From Bdellovibrionota bacterium (GTDB taxonomy: Bacteria; Bdellovibrionota; Bdellovibrionia; Bdellovibrionales; JAEYZS01), in assembly GCA_963169805.1 (NCBI GenBank), contig CAUJDY010000063.1, positions 5,479-69,478 on the forward strand: 64,000 nt of DNA, written 5' to 3'. Shown piece after piece: positions 18,315-26,631 of the stretch; the stretch's first letter is position 1, and every line of letters begins with the position of its first letter. Both the position numbers and the translations under genes were made by a program. The notes beneath the pieces were generated by a model. It worked only from the letters and a program-made list of their open reading frames with translations, searched no databases and was not told where the DNA came from.

Positions 18315-19382
18315 GTGAGAAAGAATAAAATTTTTCGTTTTTTTTGCTCCCTAAAGCTAGCAGTCATCATCCTGCTGTCTCTTATTTTTATTTGCGCCTA
18401 TGGGACGATTCTAGAGTCCCAATATGATAGTAAGACTGCTTTAGCGCGCGTCTATCAGTCCTGGTATTTTATAGCTGTTCTCATACTACTTTGTCTTAAT
18501 CTATTAGCCGTGATGATTGATAGACTGCCCTGGCGCCCTCGCCATGCCAGCTTTCTCCTTGCACATAGCGGTATTATTATACTTCTACTAGGGGCAGCTG
18601 TTACATATCTATGGGGAATTGAAGGAACATTAGAGATTGAAAAATCAATGCAGACTTCAACGATCTATACATCTGATTCAGATTTAAAAATATTCAAAAA
18701 AAGTAATGACGGAACTGTTACTTTACTTTACGAAAAAGAAATCAATATTTATAAAATGATACCTTTTGAAATATATATTAATAACCTTGGTGATCTAAAA
18801 TTCACAAAAGGTCACCCTTACGGCATTCCCAAAGAAATTTTATTTAAGCTTGCTAAAAGAGACACTTTAAATGAACAACAGACAGACTATATAGAACAAA
18901 AGAAGCCTACTCCTATGTCTCATCCTTTTCTGGACTTTGAAGTCAATTCTGAAAAGCACCAGGTTGGTCTGAATTCCTTTAAAAAATTTAAAGTAGATGA
19001 TGACGAAATCTTTGTTACCTATGGCAACAAGAGACTTGAACTCCCATTCACAGTTAAATTGTTGGAATTTAATATTGATCGGTACTCAGGTACAAACAGT
19101 GCAAGAGATTATGTCAGCAAGATTTCAATTAATTCGAATATACCTATCAATATCAGTATGAATCAGCCCCACAAGTATCTAAACTACACCTTTTATCAAT
19201 CTTCATTTCAAACAAATATCAATGGAGAGCCCTACAAAAGTATACTCACAGTCAATAGTGACCCTGGAAGGTTCTTTAAGTATCTAGGCTCACTCCTTGT
19301 GATTTTAGGTTCATTCCTGCTGATGTTTTACAAGAATGATATGAGCAGTAGCAAAGCCAAAAAAAAAGCCCTACAGATGTAG
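18315..19382 (+). CDS. ResB/Ccs1-like cytochrome c biogenesis protein (short form)
   Basis: N-terminus 'FRFFCSLKLAVIILLSLIFICAYGTILES' matches the ResB family start. Large periplasmic middle region and a C-terminal TM helix. GTG start. Confidence 0.65.
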   Translation: MRKNKIFRFFCSLKLAVIILLSLIFICAYGTILESQYDSKTALARVYQSWYFIAVLILLCLNLLAVMIDRLPWRPRHASFLLAHSGIIILLLGAAVTYLWGIEGTLEIEKSMQTSTIYTSDSDLKIFKKSNDGTVTLLYEKEINIYKMIPFEIYINNLGDLKFTKGHPYGIPKEILFKLAKRDTLNEQQTDYIEQKKPTPMSHPFLDFEVNSEKHQVGLNSFKKFKVDDDEIFVTYGNKRLELPFTVKLLEFNIDRYSGTNSARDYVSKISINSNIPINISMNQPHKYLNYTFYQSSFQTNINGEPYKSILTVNSDPGRFFKYLGSLLVILGSFLLMFYKNDMSSSKAKKKALQM

Positions 19383-19388
19383 GGCTTT
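19365..19388. terminator. bidirectional intrinsic terminator between the ResB-like and DUF4382 genes
   Basis: 9-bp stem aaagcccta / tagggcttt with a 6-nt loop, flanked by an A-run and a T-run. It overlaps the ResB-like stop codon. Confidence 0.65.
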
Positions 19389-19418
19389 AACACACGTAAC
19401 GTGTTTTGATTGAAGTGA

Positions 19419-20168
19419 TTATAAATCGTTTGGATCTCCAATGACGGGAATTGGATCTACGTGATCTTCATACTCTTCAAAACCTGAATCATCTCCACCA
19501 CCTGTATTACCATCATCGCCATCCACAAGATCTTCTTCAGGGACATCAACAGGATCATCCAAGATAATATCACCACGATCTACTTTAGTAAATGATGGCA
19601 ACTTCAACACTGGCTTTAAAAGACAATCACCGTTACCAAGTATATTCACTGATTTAAGTGCATCAAAATCTATTAACATAGAATAAGAACTCTCACTATC
19701 AAACGTAACAGGTTGATTCAGTATAATTTTAATACCCGTTTTAGTAGCACTTGGAGTTCTTAATTCACATCTTGAATCATCTGATTTAATAGCATGATTA
19801 TTGGCAGACTCAAGAATCATACGTATTTGCTTAACCGTGATCCCATCTGGCATAGAAAGTTCAGCTAATGGAAGAGTAACGCCATCTCTTAATGTAAGAA
19901 GATTCAACATCCCTAATCCCTGGGCTATCAATAAACGACCTTCCCTACCATCTCTTTCTAAGACGAGTTCAACGTGTTTGATATTTACGTTAACTTCCTT
20001 GAGATCTTCTCGAGGAGCGTCTGTTAATAAGACTTTAAAATTATTGGGAGCAGTTGCGTAGTTTGCCGCATTAAAACCACCATCGACTCCACCGGATCCA
20101 CCACCACCTGAACACGCGACTAGCGCCGTGGCTACAGTACACCTTATCACACTATTAAGAAATCGCAT
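19419..20168 (-). CDS. DUF4382-like lipoprotein
   Basis: Lipobox 'ALVAC' followed by a Gly-rich linker. 'FKVLLTDAP...EVNVNIKHVEL' resembles the DUF4382 pattern. Acidic C-terminal tail. Confidence 0.6.
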   Translation of the reverse strand: MRFLNSVIRCTVATALVACSGGGGSGGVDGGFNAANYATAPNNFKVLLTDAPREDLKEVNVNIKHVELVLERDGREGRLLIAQGLGMLNLLTLRDGVTLPLAELSMPDGITVKQIRMILESANNHAIKSDDSRCELRTPSATKTGIKIILNQPVTFDSESSYSMLIDFDALKSVNILGNGDCLLKPVLKLPSFTKVDRGDIILDDPVDVPEEDLVDGDDGNTGGGDDSGFEEYEDHVDPIPVIGDPNDL

Positions 20169-20377
20169 ACGTCCCCCTAATTCTTAATATTATTATCTCT
20201 TTTACTTACCTCCATTTTATCGCAGTTCTGGATAAACATAAAAAAATAAAAAAAAAGAACGACTCGAAATCGAATGCGGTTGAACAGATCAAAACTATTT
20301 ATGAGAAAGTTTTAAATATTGAAAATATTTTGGACACTCGATTTTATAGAATATCAAATTGAGATTCTATCCGTACC

Positions 20378-21634
20378 CTATAACAATGTAGGATCAACAA
20401 TTTCTTGATGTGCCTCAGGCGTACACCCCATCTGTCCTTCACCTAAATCTAACTTGAATCTATGCTTTTTAAAAAACGCCTTTTCTGCCAGATCAACTTC
20501 AGGATTGATAATTTCTGGAGGAAGCGTCGGACGATCTAATATATCAAATTTTGCCTTTTTATATGTCTCAATTTGTTCCGTTGTAAGGCTTTCCATATAA
20601 ACCTGATATTCATCAAATGTGGTACAGATCACTTCTGGCAAAGAGCATACTAATTTTGAAAAATCAGATAAAGCATGCCAGTACGCCCCTCCATTCCATG
20701 TTGAAAAGTGATGCCCAATATTCACTGGGGATCTATTTCCATTGTAACTTTTCACAAAATAATTCAGATAACTGAGTAGCATTTGCTTTTTGTATTTGTC
20801 AGCATTTGCGGGATCAGGCTTTGCTCCTGAATGATAAGCATAAAAATTAAAATCCATGGCAATACTCATCCTACTTGTTCCGGCGATAGGAATATACCCA
20901 AGCGGCATCTCCCAGGTCCCGTAGGAGTTTTTTGATGGCCAGGTTCCAATAGGGGCACTCTTACTTGAATCGTATGTATAGCTGTGAAGAATTTTATTTT
21001 CACCTATGTTTACATAATTTCTTGCCAAGGTCTCCCACATGGCTCTATTCACACCAAGCTGTGGAGCTCGCAACCCTTTAAGCTGTCCCTCTAGTGTCTG
21101 ATGCCAGATATCTATATTCATCTGATCGTTTGGAGTCAGCTGATTGTTTTCAAATACAAAATGCAAAAGCCAGTGAAATGCATCAAACTCTAAGGACCAC
21201 TCTTCAAACGTCCAATTCTCCCCCTGCTCTTTACCATTCCAAACTAAGTATCCGCCATCAAAATGGCCGTTTACATGAGAAGACATTTTATGGCCTTCCT
21301 GTGTAGCAAGATGTACTTGTTCAAGACGTTGCAATAGATCGTCTTGATCCTTACCAAAGCCAATAGCTGATCGACCTCCATTTGGTCGTCTTGGTCCTTT
21401 ATAAAGTTTTTTATTTGTATCCGTTAAAAAATAGACGCCACTGATAAAATATGTAAAGTCTGCCTGTGCACTATTCCCCATCTCTCGAGTTGCTTGCCAC
21501 ATTGGTATTGAAAGAGATCCATCATAGGAAATAATAACATACTGAGGAGGCCTTGGATAATTTGAAGTTCCATATGCAACTCTCATCTCAATTAAAGAAA
21601 CAAGAACTATGAACCCCAATGCTATTAGCTTCAT
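20378..21634 (-). CDS. secreted hypothetical protein, possibly polysaccharide deacetylase-like
   Basis: Start moved to the ATG at 21634 (GGAGG RBS, gives a signal peptide). 'IISYDGS' and 'HVNGH' loosely resemble NodB motifs 1 and 2. The functional call is weak. Confidence 0.35.
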   Translation of the reverse strand: MKLIALGFIVLVSLIEMRVAYGTSNYPRPPQYVIISYDGSLSIPMWQATREMGNSAQADFTYFISGVYFLTDTNKKLYKGPRRPNGGRSAIGFGKDQDDLLQRLEQVHLATQEGHKMSSHVNGHFDGGYLVWNGKEQGENWTFEEWSLEFDAFHWLLHFVFENNQLTPNDQMNIDIWHQTLEGQLKGLRAPQLGVNRAMWETLARNYVNIGENKILHSYTYDSSKSAPIGTWPSKNSYGTWEMPLGYIPIAGTSRMSIAMDFNFYAYHSGAKPDPANADKYKKQMLLSYLNYFVKSYNGNRSPVNIGHHFSTWNGGAYWHALSDFSKLVCSLPEVICTTFDEYQVYMESLTTEQIETYKKAKFDILDRPTLPPEIINPEVDLAEKAFFKKHRFKLDLGEGQMGCTPEAHQEIVDPTLL

Positions 21635-21740
21635 AAATGCCTCCACTCTGGATATTACACATAACAATACATAAAAATTCAAAATAAATTTTTCTTTATT
21701 TTATTTGAGATTTAGCGAAGTTTCATGCAAAGTAAATTTT

Positions 21741-22937
21741 ATGGGTTTACCTTTAATTTCAAGCATATTGATACTTGTTATATTCGCACGTCTTTTTGGG
21801 CAGATTTTTATCAAACTCAAGCAACCCAGCGTGCTCGGTGAGCTTTTTGCAGGGATTATACTAGGCCCTTCACTTCTTGGATGGGTTGAACGTTCAGACG
21901 CACTTAATGGCGTTACTGAAATTGCGGTCTTCTTAATTGTGCTCCAAGCAGGGCTAGAAATTGATGCTAAAGATATTTTAAATTCTATGAAAGGGCGTGG
22001 CTTTTTACTAGCATGCCTTGGATTTTTTATCCCATTTTTTTCTGCATATTTTGTCGGCCATCTTTATGATTTTACAACACTCAAAACATTAATTCTATCA
22101 ATCTGTATATCTATTACAGCACTGCCAGTAGCTCTCAGAATTTTAGAGCAATTTAAAATTTTAGATACCGACATAGCACGATATTCCCTCTCCACGGCTA
22201 TCTTGAACGATATTGTTGCCCTCCTTATTTTAGGAGTCATCCTGTCTCTTCCAGAAAATATCAGTTCCGTTGATGTCCTACAGGCAGTTGCAATAAAGGG
22301 AGCCAAGCTTGGATTTTTGGCTGCATCAATTTTATTCATGTACTCATTCATTCGAAAGCTCGATCGAAAAGGCGTTAAAGTTTATAAATACCTCGAAAAA
22401 CTCGAACAGTATCTTGGGTCTGAAGCTCTGTTTGCATTTATGATTATTTTCGTATTAGCTTTTAGCTCGCTAAGTGAACTTTTGGGCTTTCATGCGATTA
22501 TTGGAGCATTTTTTGGAGCACTGCTAATCGATAGAAAGTTTTTTCTTCCGGAAAGATTTCAGCAAATCAACCAGAATTTAAATATTGTATCGAATGGATT
22601 TCTAGCCCCCATCTTTTTTACAGCCCTGGGGCTGAAATTTCAGGTACAGTCGCTCAACTCATTTGGATTTATTGGTTTAGTTATTTTTGTAGCAATTGCT
22701 AGTAAAATCTTTTCTGGATACATTGGAGGGCGTATTATTGGAATGCCTCATAGAGAGGCTATGGGTCTTGGCGCCATACTGAATGGGCGCGGTGTCATGG
22801 AATTGGTTGTTGCTAGTATTGCATATGAGAAGGGACTTATTGGTCCAACTATTTTTACAACACTCATGCTCATGGGTATTATTACAACTTTTATAACTCC
22901 ACCGCTGTTTCAGTATGTCTACAATCGAAAATCCTAA
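21741..22937 (+). CDS. cation:proton antiporter (CPA2 / Kef-type Na+/H+ exchanger family)
   Basis: About 12 TM helices and an N-terminal 'ARLFGQIFIKLKQPSVLGELFAGIILGPSLLG' CPA2 signature. Start placed at the ATG at 21741. Confidence 0.8.
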   Translation: MGLPLISSILILVIFARLFGQIFIKLKQPSVLGELFAGIILGPSLLGWVERSDALNGVTEIAVFLIVLQAGLEIDAKDILNSMKGRGFLLACLGFFIPFFSAYFVGHLYDFTTLKTLILSICISITALPVALRILEQFKILDTDIARYSLSTAILNDIVALLILGVILSLPENISSVDVLQAVAIKGAKLGFLAASILFMYSFIRKLDRKGVKVYKYLEKLEQYLGSEALFAFMIIFVLAFSSLSELLGFHAIIGAFFGALLIDRKFFLPERFQQINQNLNIVSNGFLAPIFFTALGLKFQVQSLNSFGFIGLVIFVAIASKIFSGYIGGRIIGMPHREAMGLGAILNGRGVMELVVASIAYEKGLIGPTIFTTLMLMGIITTFITPPLFQYVYNRKS

Positions 22938-23619
22938 ATACTGGGCTTACCTACAAGCTTCAGAATTATTGTACTATAAATCTGAGACTCAAACCGTCAT
23001 ACAAACTCCATTTACGCCTATCACTGAGCTAATAGACTACATCTATACACACCATCCCGATAAAGCGTTATCAATTCTCAGAAACCCATTTATTACAAAT
23101 TATGAACTCACACCTATATGCAGGGAAACTCTCAAAGTCTGTGCAAAAAGAGTACGAATTGATCCACTTTTTAGTCCTGAAGTGGGAGTTCGTCATACGT
23201 ATTTTAATAAAGCAATATCAAATGAGTTTCTAAACTTTGTAGGTAGGCCTTCTTCTCTCACCGAGTGCTTCGAGCTTATTAAAGCTCTAACCAAGACACA
23301 GAAAAATGAGAGCGGATATCCCATTTTTGCGATTGCGCTTTCTCAGGATAATAAAATACTCGCACTTCAAAAAAATTTAAGTCTTATTTCTAAAACTCAC
23401 CATGCAGAGACGCTGCTCTGCCGCGAATACTTCTTAAAGTATAGAAGGCCATTCCCAAAGCACACACGAATCATAACCTCATTGCAGCCATGTCGGATGT
23501 GTGCCGCCCATATTACACAAATGATAGAGGAGCCCAAAGTCTACTATTTGCAAAAAGATACAGGACCCTTCTCTAGAAATACATTGGTTTCTCATATAGA
23601 AGTTCAAGTCGAACTTTAG
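22915..23619 (+). CDS. divergent zinc-dependent nucleotide/nucleic-acid deaminase-fold protein
   Basis: 'HHAE' followed about 28 aa later by 'PCRMC', the CDA-fold Zn-binding pair. The roughly 160-aa N-terminal region has no motif I recognise. 23-nt overlap with the upstream antiporter gene. Confidence 0.55.
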   Translation: MSTIENPKYWAYLQASELLYYKSETQTVIQTPFTPITELIDYIYTHHPDKALSILRNPFITNYELTPICRETLKVCAKRVRIDPLFSPEVGVRHTYFNKAISNEFLNFVGRPSSLTECFELIKALTKTQKNESGYPIFAIALSQDNKILALQKNLSLISKTHHAETLLCREYFLKYRRPFPKHTRIITSLQPCRMCAAHITQMIEEPKVYYLQKDTGPFSRNTLVSHIEVQVEL

Positions 23620-23640
23620 AATACTATAGCTAAAATATAT

Positions 23641-25503
23641 CTAAGGTTCGCTTTGAACATCTTTACGAAAATCGAGGGCCTTATTTGAGAAAAGGAGTTC
23701 CTGGCTATACTTTGTAAATCCTAGACCAATTAAACCATTTTCCACAGCTTTATCTGTACAGGGAATAGGTTTTTTTAATTCAAAATCTATTCGCCAATGA
23801 TAACATTTTTTATCTTCCAAGTTTTTAATATTCCATTCTACAAAATCCTCATCGACTATTACACCAAGCCTCTGCGAATTGTAGTACTCAGCAAATCTTC
23901 TTTGAGTTTTGGAAAAAAGGGAAACTCCTGTCATTCGGCTCTCTTCAATTCCCAAAAGATCTAAGATCGTTGGAGCAATATCTCTTTGTGAAATCGCAAA
24001 ATCAAAATACTGAGCCTGTAGGTTTTTCGAGTAAATTGCAAAGGGCAGCCGGAAGCCATTATAATTTGAAGATGTCACATGTGAGGTATGATCTGAGACC
24101 AACACATACAGAACAGGATGCTCCCAGTTTTGGGATTCTACTTTGTTAATAAAATCTCCCAAATCCTTATCCGCGCTATGCAAAACACTTCTATTTTTTT
24201 CTTGCACCGTTTTGTTTCCAAAAACGTAGGACTCACCTTTTCTGAGATTTAAATCATGAGTTGTGTTAGTGCCAATACTAAACAAAAATGGCTCTGGCGC
24301 TTTTTTCATTTCATCAAAGACCCATCCATACAAATCACTATCAAACAAACCCCAGCTGTTTTTTTCAACAGTATCATACTGAGGATATTCTTTTTTACCA
24401 CCCGTCATTATAAACCCAGTCTTATATGTAAATGCACCCACGCCACTGGTCATATTGTTGGTTCCCTGAAGGTAAGCAGTATACCAGCCCCTCTCTTTTA
24501 ATATTTGAGGCAAGCAAGCATATTTCTGATTTTCTAAATGGTTAAACATAATCGCTTTACCAAGAGGATTTTGGTAGCTACAAAGAGAAGAAAACATCCC
24601 CTCTGTTGTGCGCTTCCCTCCTGCAAGAGTTACTGCCGTCGTAATTGATTTCTTCCGAATCGAATCAAAGACAGGAGTCACATTTTGAGAGTAACCGTAA
24701 CTTTGACTGTACTCGGCTGCCCATCCTTCTAAAAATATAATAATAATATTATATTTTTGAGGTACTGGTTTCTGTGCTTGCTCCCCTTCATAAACTTTTT
24801 GAGCGTAATCTTTTGGATTCAGGTTCTCAGGAAACACAATCGGCTCTGGCTTTAAATAACGACCAGATACAAAACTATAAAAAATAGCATAGGCACCATT
24901 AAGTGCAATTTGTGCCTCTGTATGCCCTCCAGCCTTATAGGCAAGAGCAGGATTCTGAGGAATACCTGTGAGTCCTCCTCGAATAGAGATTAAAGTTATA
25001 AATATACAAACAAAAATTTGAGCTACGACGGATTTTAAATTAAATTGATCCGTCCAAAATGATATTTTTTTTAAATACATTGATAGAATAAAAACAACAG
25101 TTGCTGCTGCTGAAAAGTAGAACCAGTAATTGACAAGATAGGTCCCAAGCTCCCCTAGAGAAGTAAAAAAATCCCATATTTCGTAAGATAAGTGTCTATT
25201 AGCTTCCTGAAAATACAAGAGATCAGCAATCAAACACACCATGAGTAAGATATAGGGTATCGAAAATAAAACAGCTCTTGAGCTGATAAAGACAATCAGA
25301 GTAAAAAGAAAACTTAAAGCTCCTGCCATTGCAAAATCAAAGCGAAGGCCAAATAAAATTGCAGATTTTAGAATATCCCAACTCAGCCACCCAAAATTCC
25401 AAGCAAAATAGATTCGAAATAGACATGATATGAGAGTCAAAATTAAAAAATGTGTTGCAAACGTCTTAGCAAATTGAAGTGTTTTCTTTTGGTTCATACA
25501 CAT
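23641..25503 (-). CDS. LTA synthase / phosphoglycerol-transferase family membrane sulfatase-fold enzyme
   Basis: Five N-terminal TM helices plus an extracytoplasmic alkaline-phosphatase-superfamily domain ('FLEGWAAEYS', 'TTEGMFSSLCS', 'VLVSDHTSH'). Confidence 0.75.
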   Translation of the reverse strand: MCMNQKKTLQFAKTFATHFLILTLISCLFRIYFAWNFGWLSWDILKSAILFGLRFDFAMAGALSFLFTLIVFISSRAVLFSIPYILLMVCLIADLLYFQEANRHLSYEIWDFFTSLGELGTYLVNYWFYFSAAATVVFILSMYLKKISFWTDQFNLKSVVAQIFVCIFITLISIRGGLTGIPQNPALAYKAGGHTEAQIALNGAYAIFYSFVSGRYLKPEPIVFPENLNPKDYAQKVYEGEQAQKPVPQKYNIIIIFLEGWAAEYSQSYGYSQNVTPVFDSIRKKSITTAVTLAGGKRTTEGMFSSLCSYQNPLGKAIMFNHLENQKYACLPQILKERGWYTAYLQGTNNMTSGVGAFTYKTGFIMTGGKKEYPQYDTVEKNSWGLFDSDLYGWVFDEMKKAPEPFLFSIGTNTTHDLNLRKGESYVFGNKTVQEKNRSVLHSADKDLGDFINKVESQNWEHPVLYVLVSDHTSHVTSSNYNGFRLPFAIYSKNLQAQYFDFAISQRDIAPTILDLLGIEESRMTGVSLFSKTQRRFAEYYNSQRLGVIVDEDFVEWNIKNLEDKKCYHWRIDFELKKPIPCTDKAVENGLIGLGFTKYSQELLFSNKALDFRKDVQSEP

Positions 25504-25693
25504 CCTTTAAAAGTAAATTCTCAATTTGAGAAAACTCAAAAAAATACGACTATTATTCTTTTGACAGGTGTTCTCTTCAGTTCAGGTATATTCACTTATA
25601 TCTTCTCAAATCGAGATTGGTCAATTGTTTCAAAGACTTAACCCTTGGCACCACACTTGCTTTATAGATGTATAGGTACGGGGGGTTAGGGTT

Positions 25694-26389
25694 ATGGAAA
25701 ACTTAATTAGATTCAATAAAGCTGTGTTAATGACTGGGGTTTTACTTTGTTCATCTGTAGCACATGTCTCATTTTTAGAAATGTCTCACTCTGAGATCAC
25801 TTACACACAGTTGCACCAAAAAGAGCTTGTTGGAAGCAAGCGCGCACCTCAAAGTTTGGATGATTCCAAAACATCTGAAATCATCTCTAGAATTGTTTTA
25901 TCTGAAGTAAGAAGACATTTACCGAAAAAATTTAAGAGCCAAGCACTACGCATATCTGAAACCATTGTCGAAGAAGCAAACCGCTATAAGATGGATCCTC
26001 TTTTTATTCTTTCTATTATACGACAGGAATCTAAAATGAATCCTGTAGCGATTGGAAGCGTTGGAGAAATTGGGCTTATGCAAATTCGTCCATGTACGGC
26101 TAAATGGTTAAACGATAAGTATAAAATCGTTAAAACAGTCGATTTAAAAAACCCAATGACGAATATTAAGATTGGTAGTTTCTTCTTAAGTACTCTAAGA
26201 CAGTCCTTTAACGGCCAAAGCCAGTATTACATTTCTGCATACAACATGGGAGCTGCCAAAGTACGACAAAAACTCAAACAAAAATCTAAGCCTGAAATAT
26301 ACGCAAAACATGTTATGAAACACTACTTAGGCTATATGGGTGATCTTGACTCTGTGAATGCTGTTGAAAAAGTAGCCTCTATCAAGTAA
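25694..26389 (+). CDS. soluble lytic transglycosylase (SLT domain)
   Basis: 'IIRQESKMNPVAIGSVGEIGLMQI' and 'AYNMGAAKV' are SLT catalytic-Glu motifs. Signal peptide present. Confidence 0.85.
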   Translation: MENLIRFNKAVLMTGVLLCSSVAHVSFLEMSHSEITYTQLHQKELVGSKRAPQSLDDSKTSEIISRIVLSEVRRHLPKKFKSQALRISETIVEEANRYKMDPLFILSIIRQESKMNPVAIGSVGEIGLMQIRPCTAKWLNDKYKIVKTVDLKNPMTNIKIGSFFLSTLRQSFNGQSQYYISAYNMGAAKVRQKLKQKSKPEIYAKHVMKHYLGYMGDLDSVNAVEKVASIK

Positions 26390-26631
26390 AAAATAGCTGG
26401 TCCCAACGCCGGAATAGATCATTTCCGGCACCCGAATACAAACGGTTTTTAAATCCTCATAAAGTTTTAATGAGGCCCGTTTAAAGTTTACTCAGTTTTG
26501 GTAAAAACACCAAAAAACATATGTTAAATTGCTTATTTAGCCCATTTCCATAAAATGTAGATCGAACCAATACTCAGCATGCTTAACCTCACGATGCACG
26601 GAGGATAACATAGCTGGAACTGAGGACTGGC

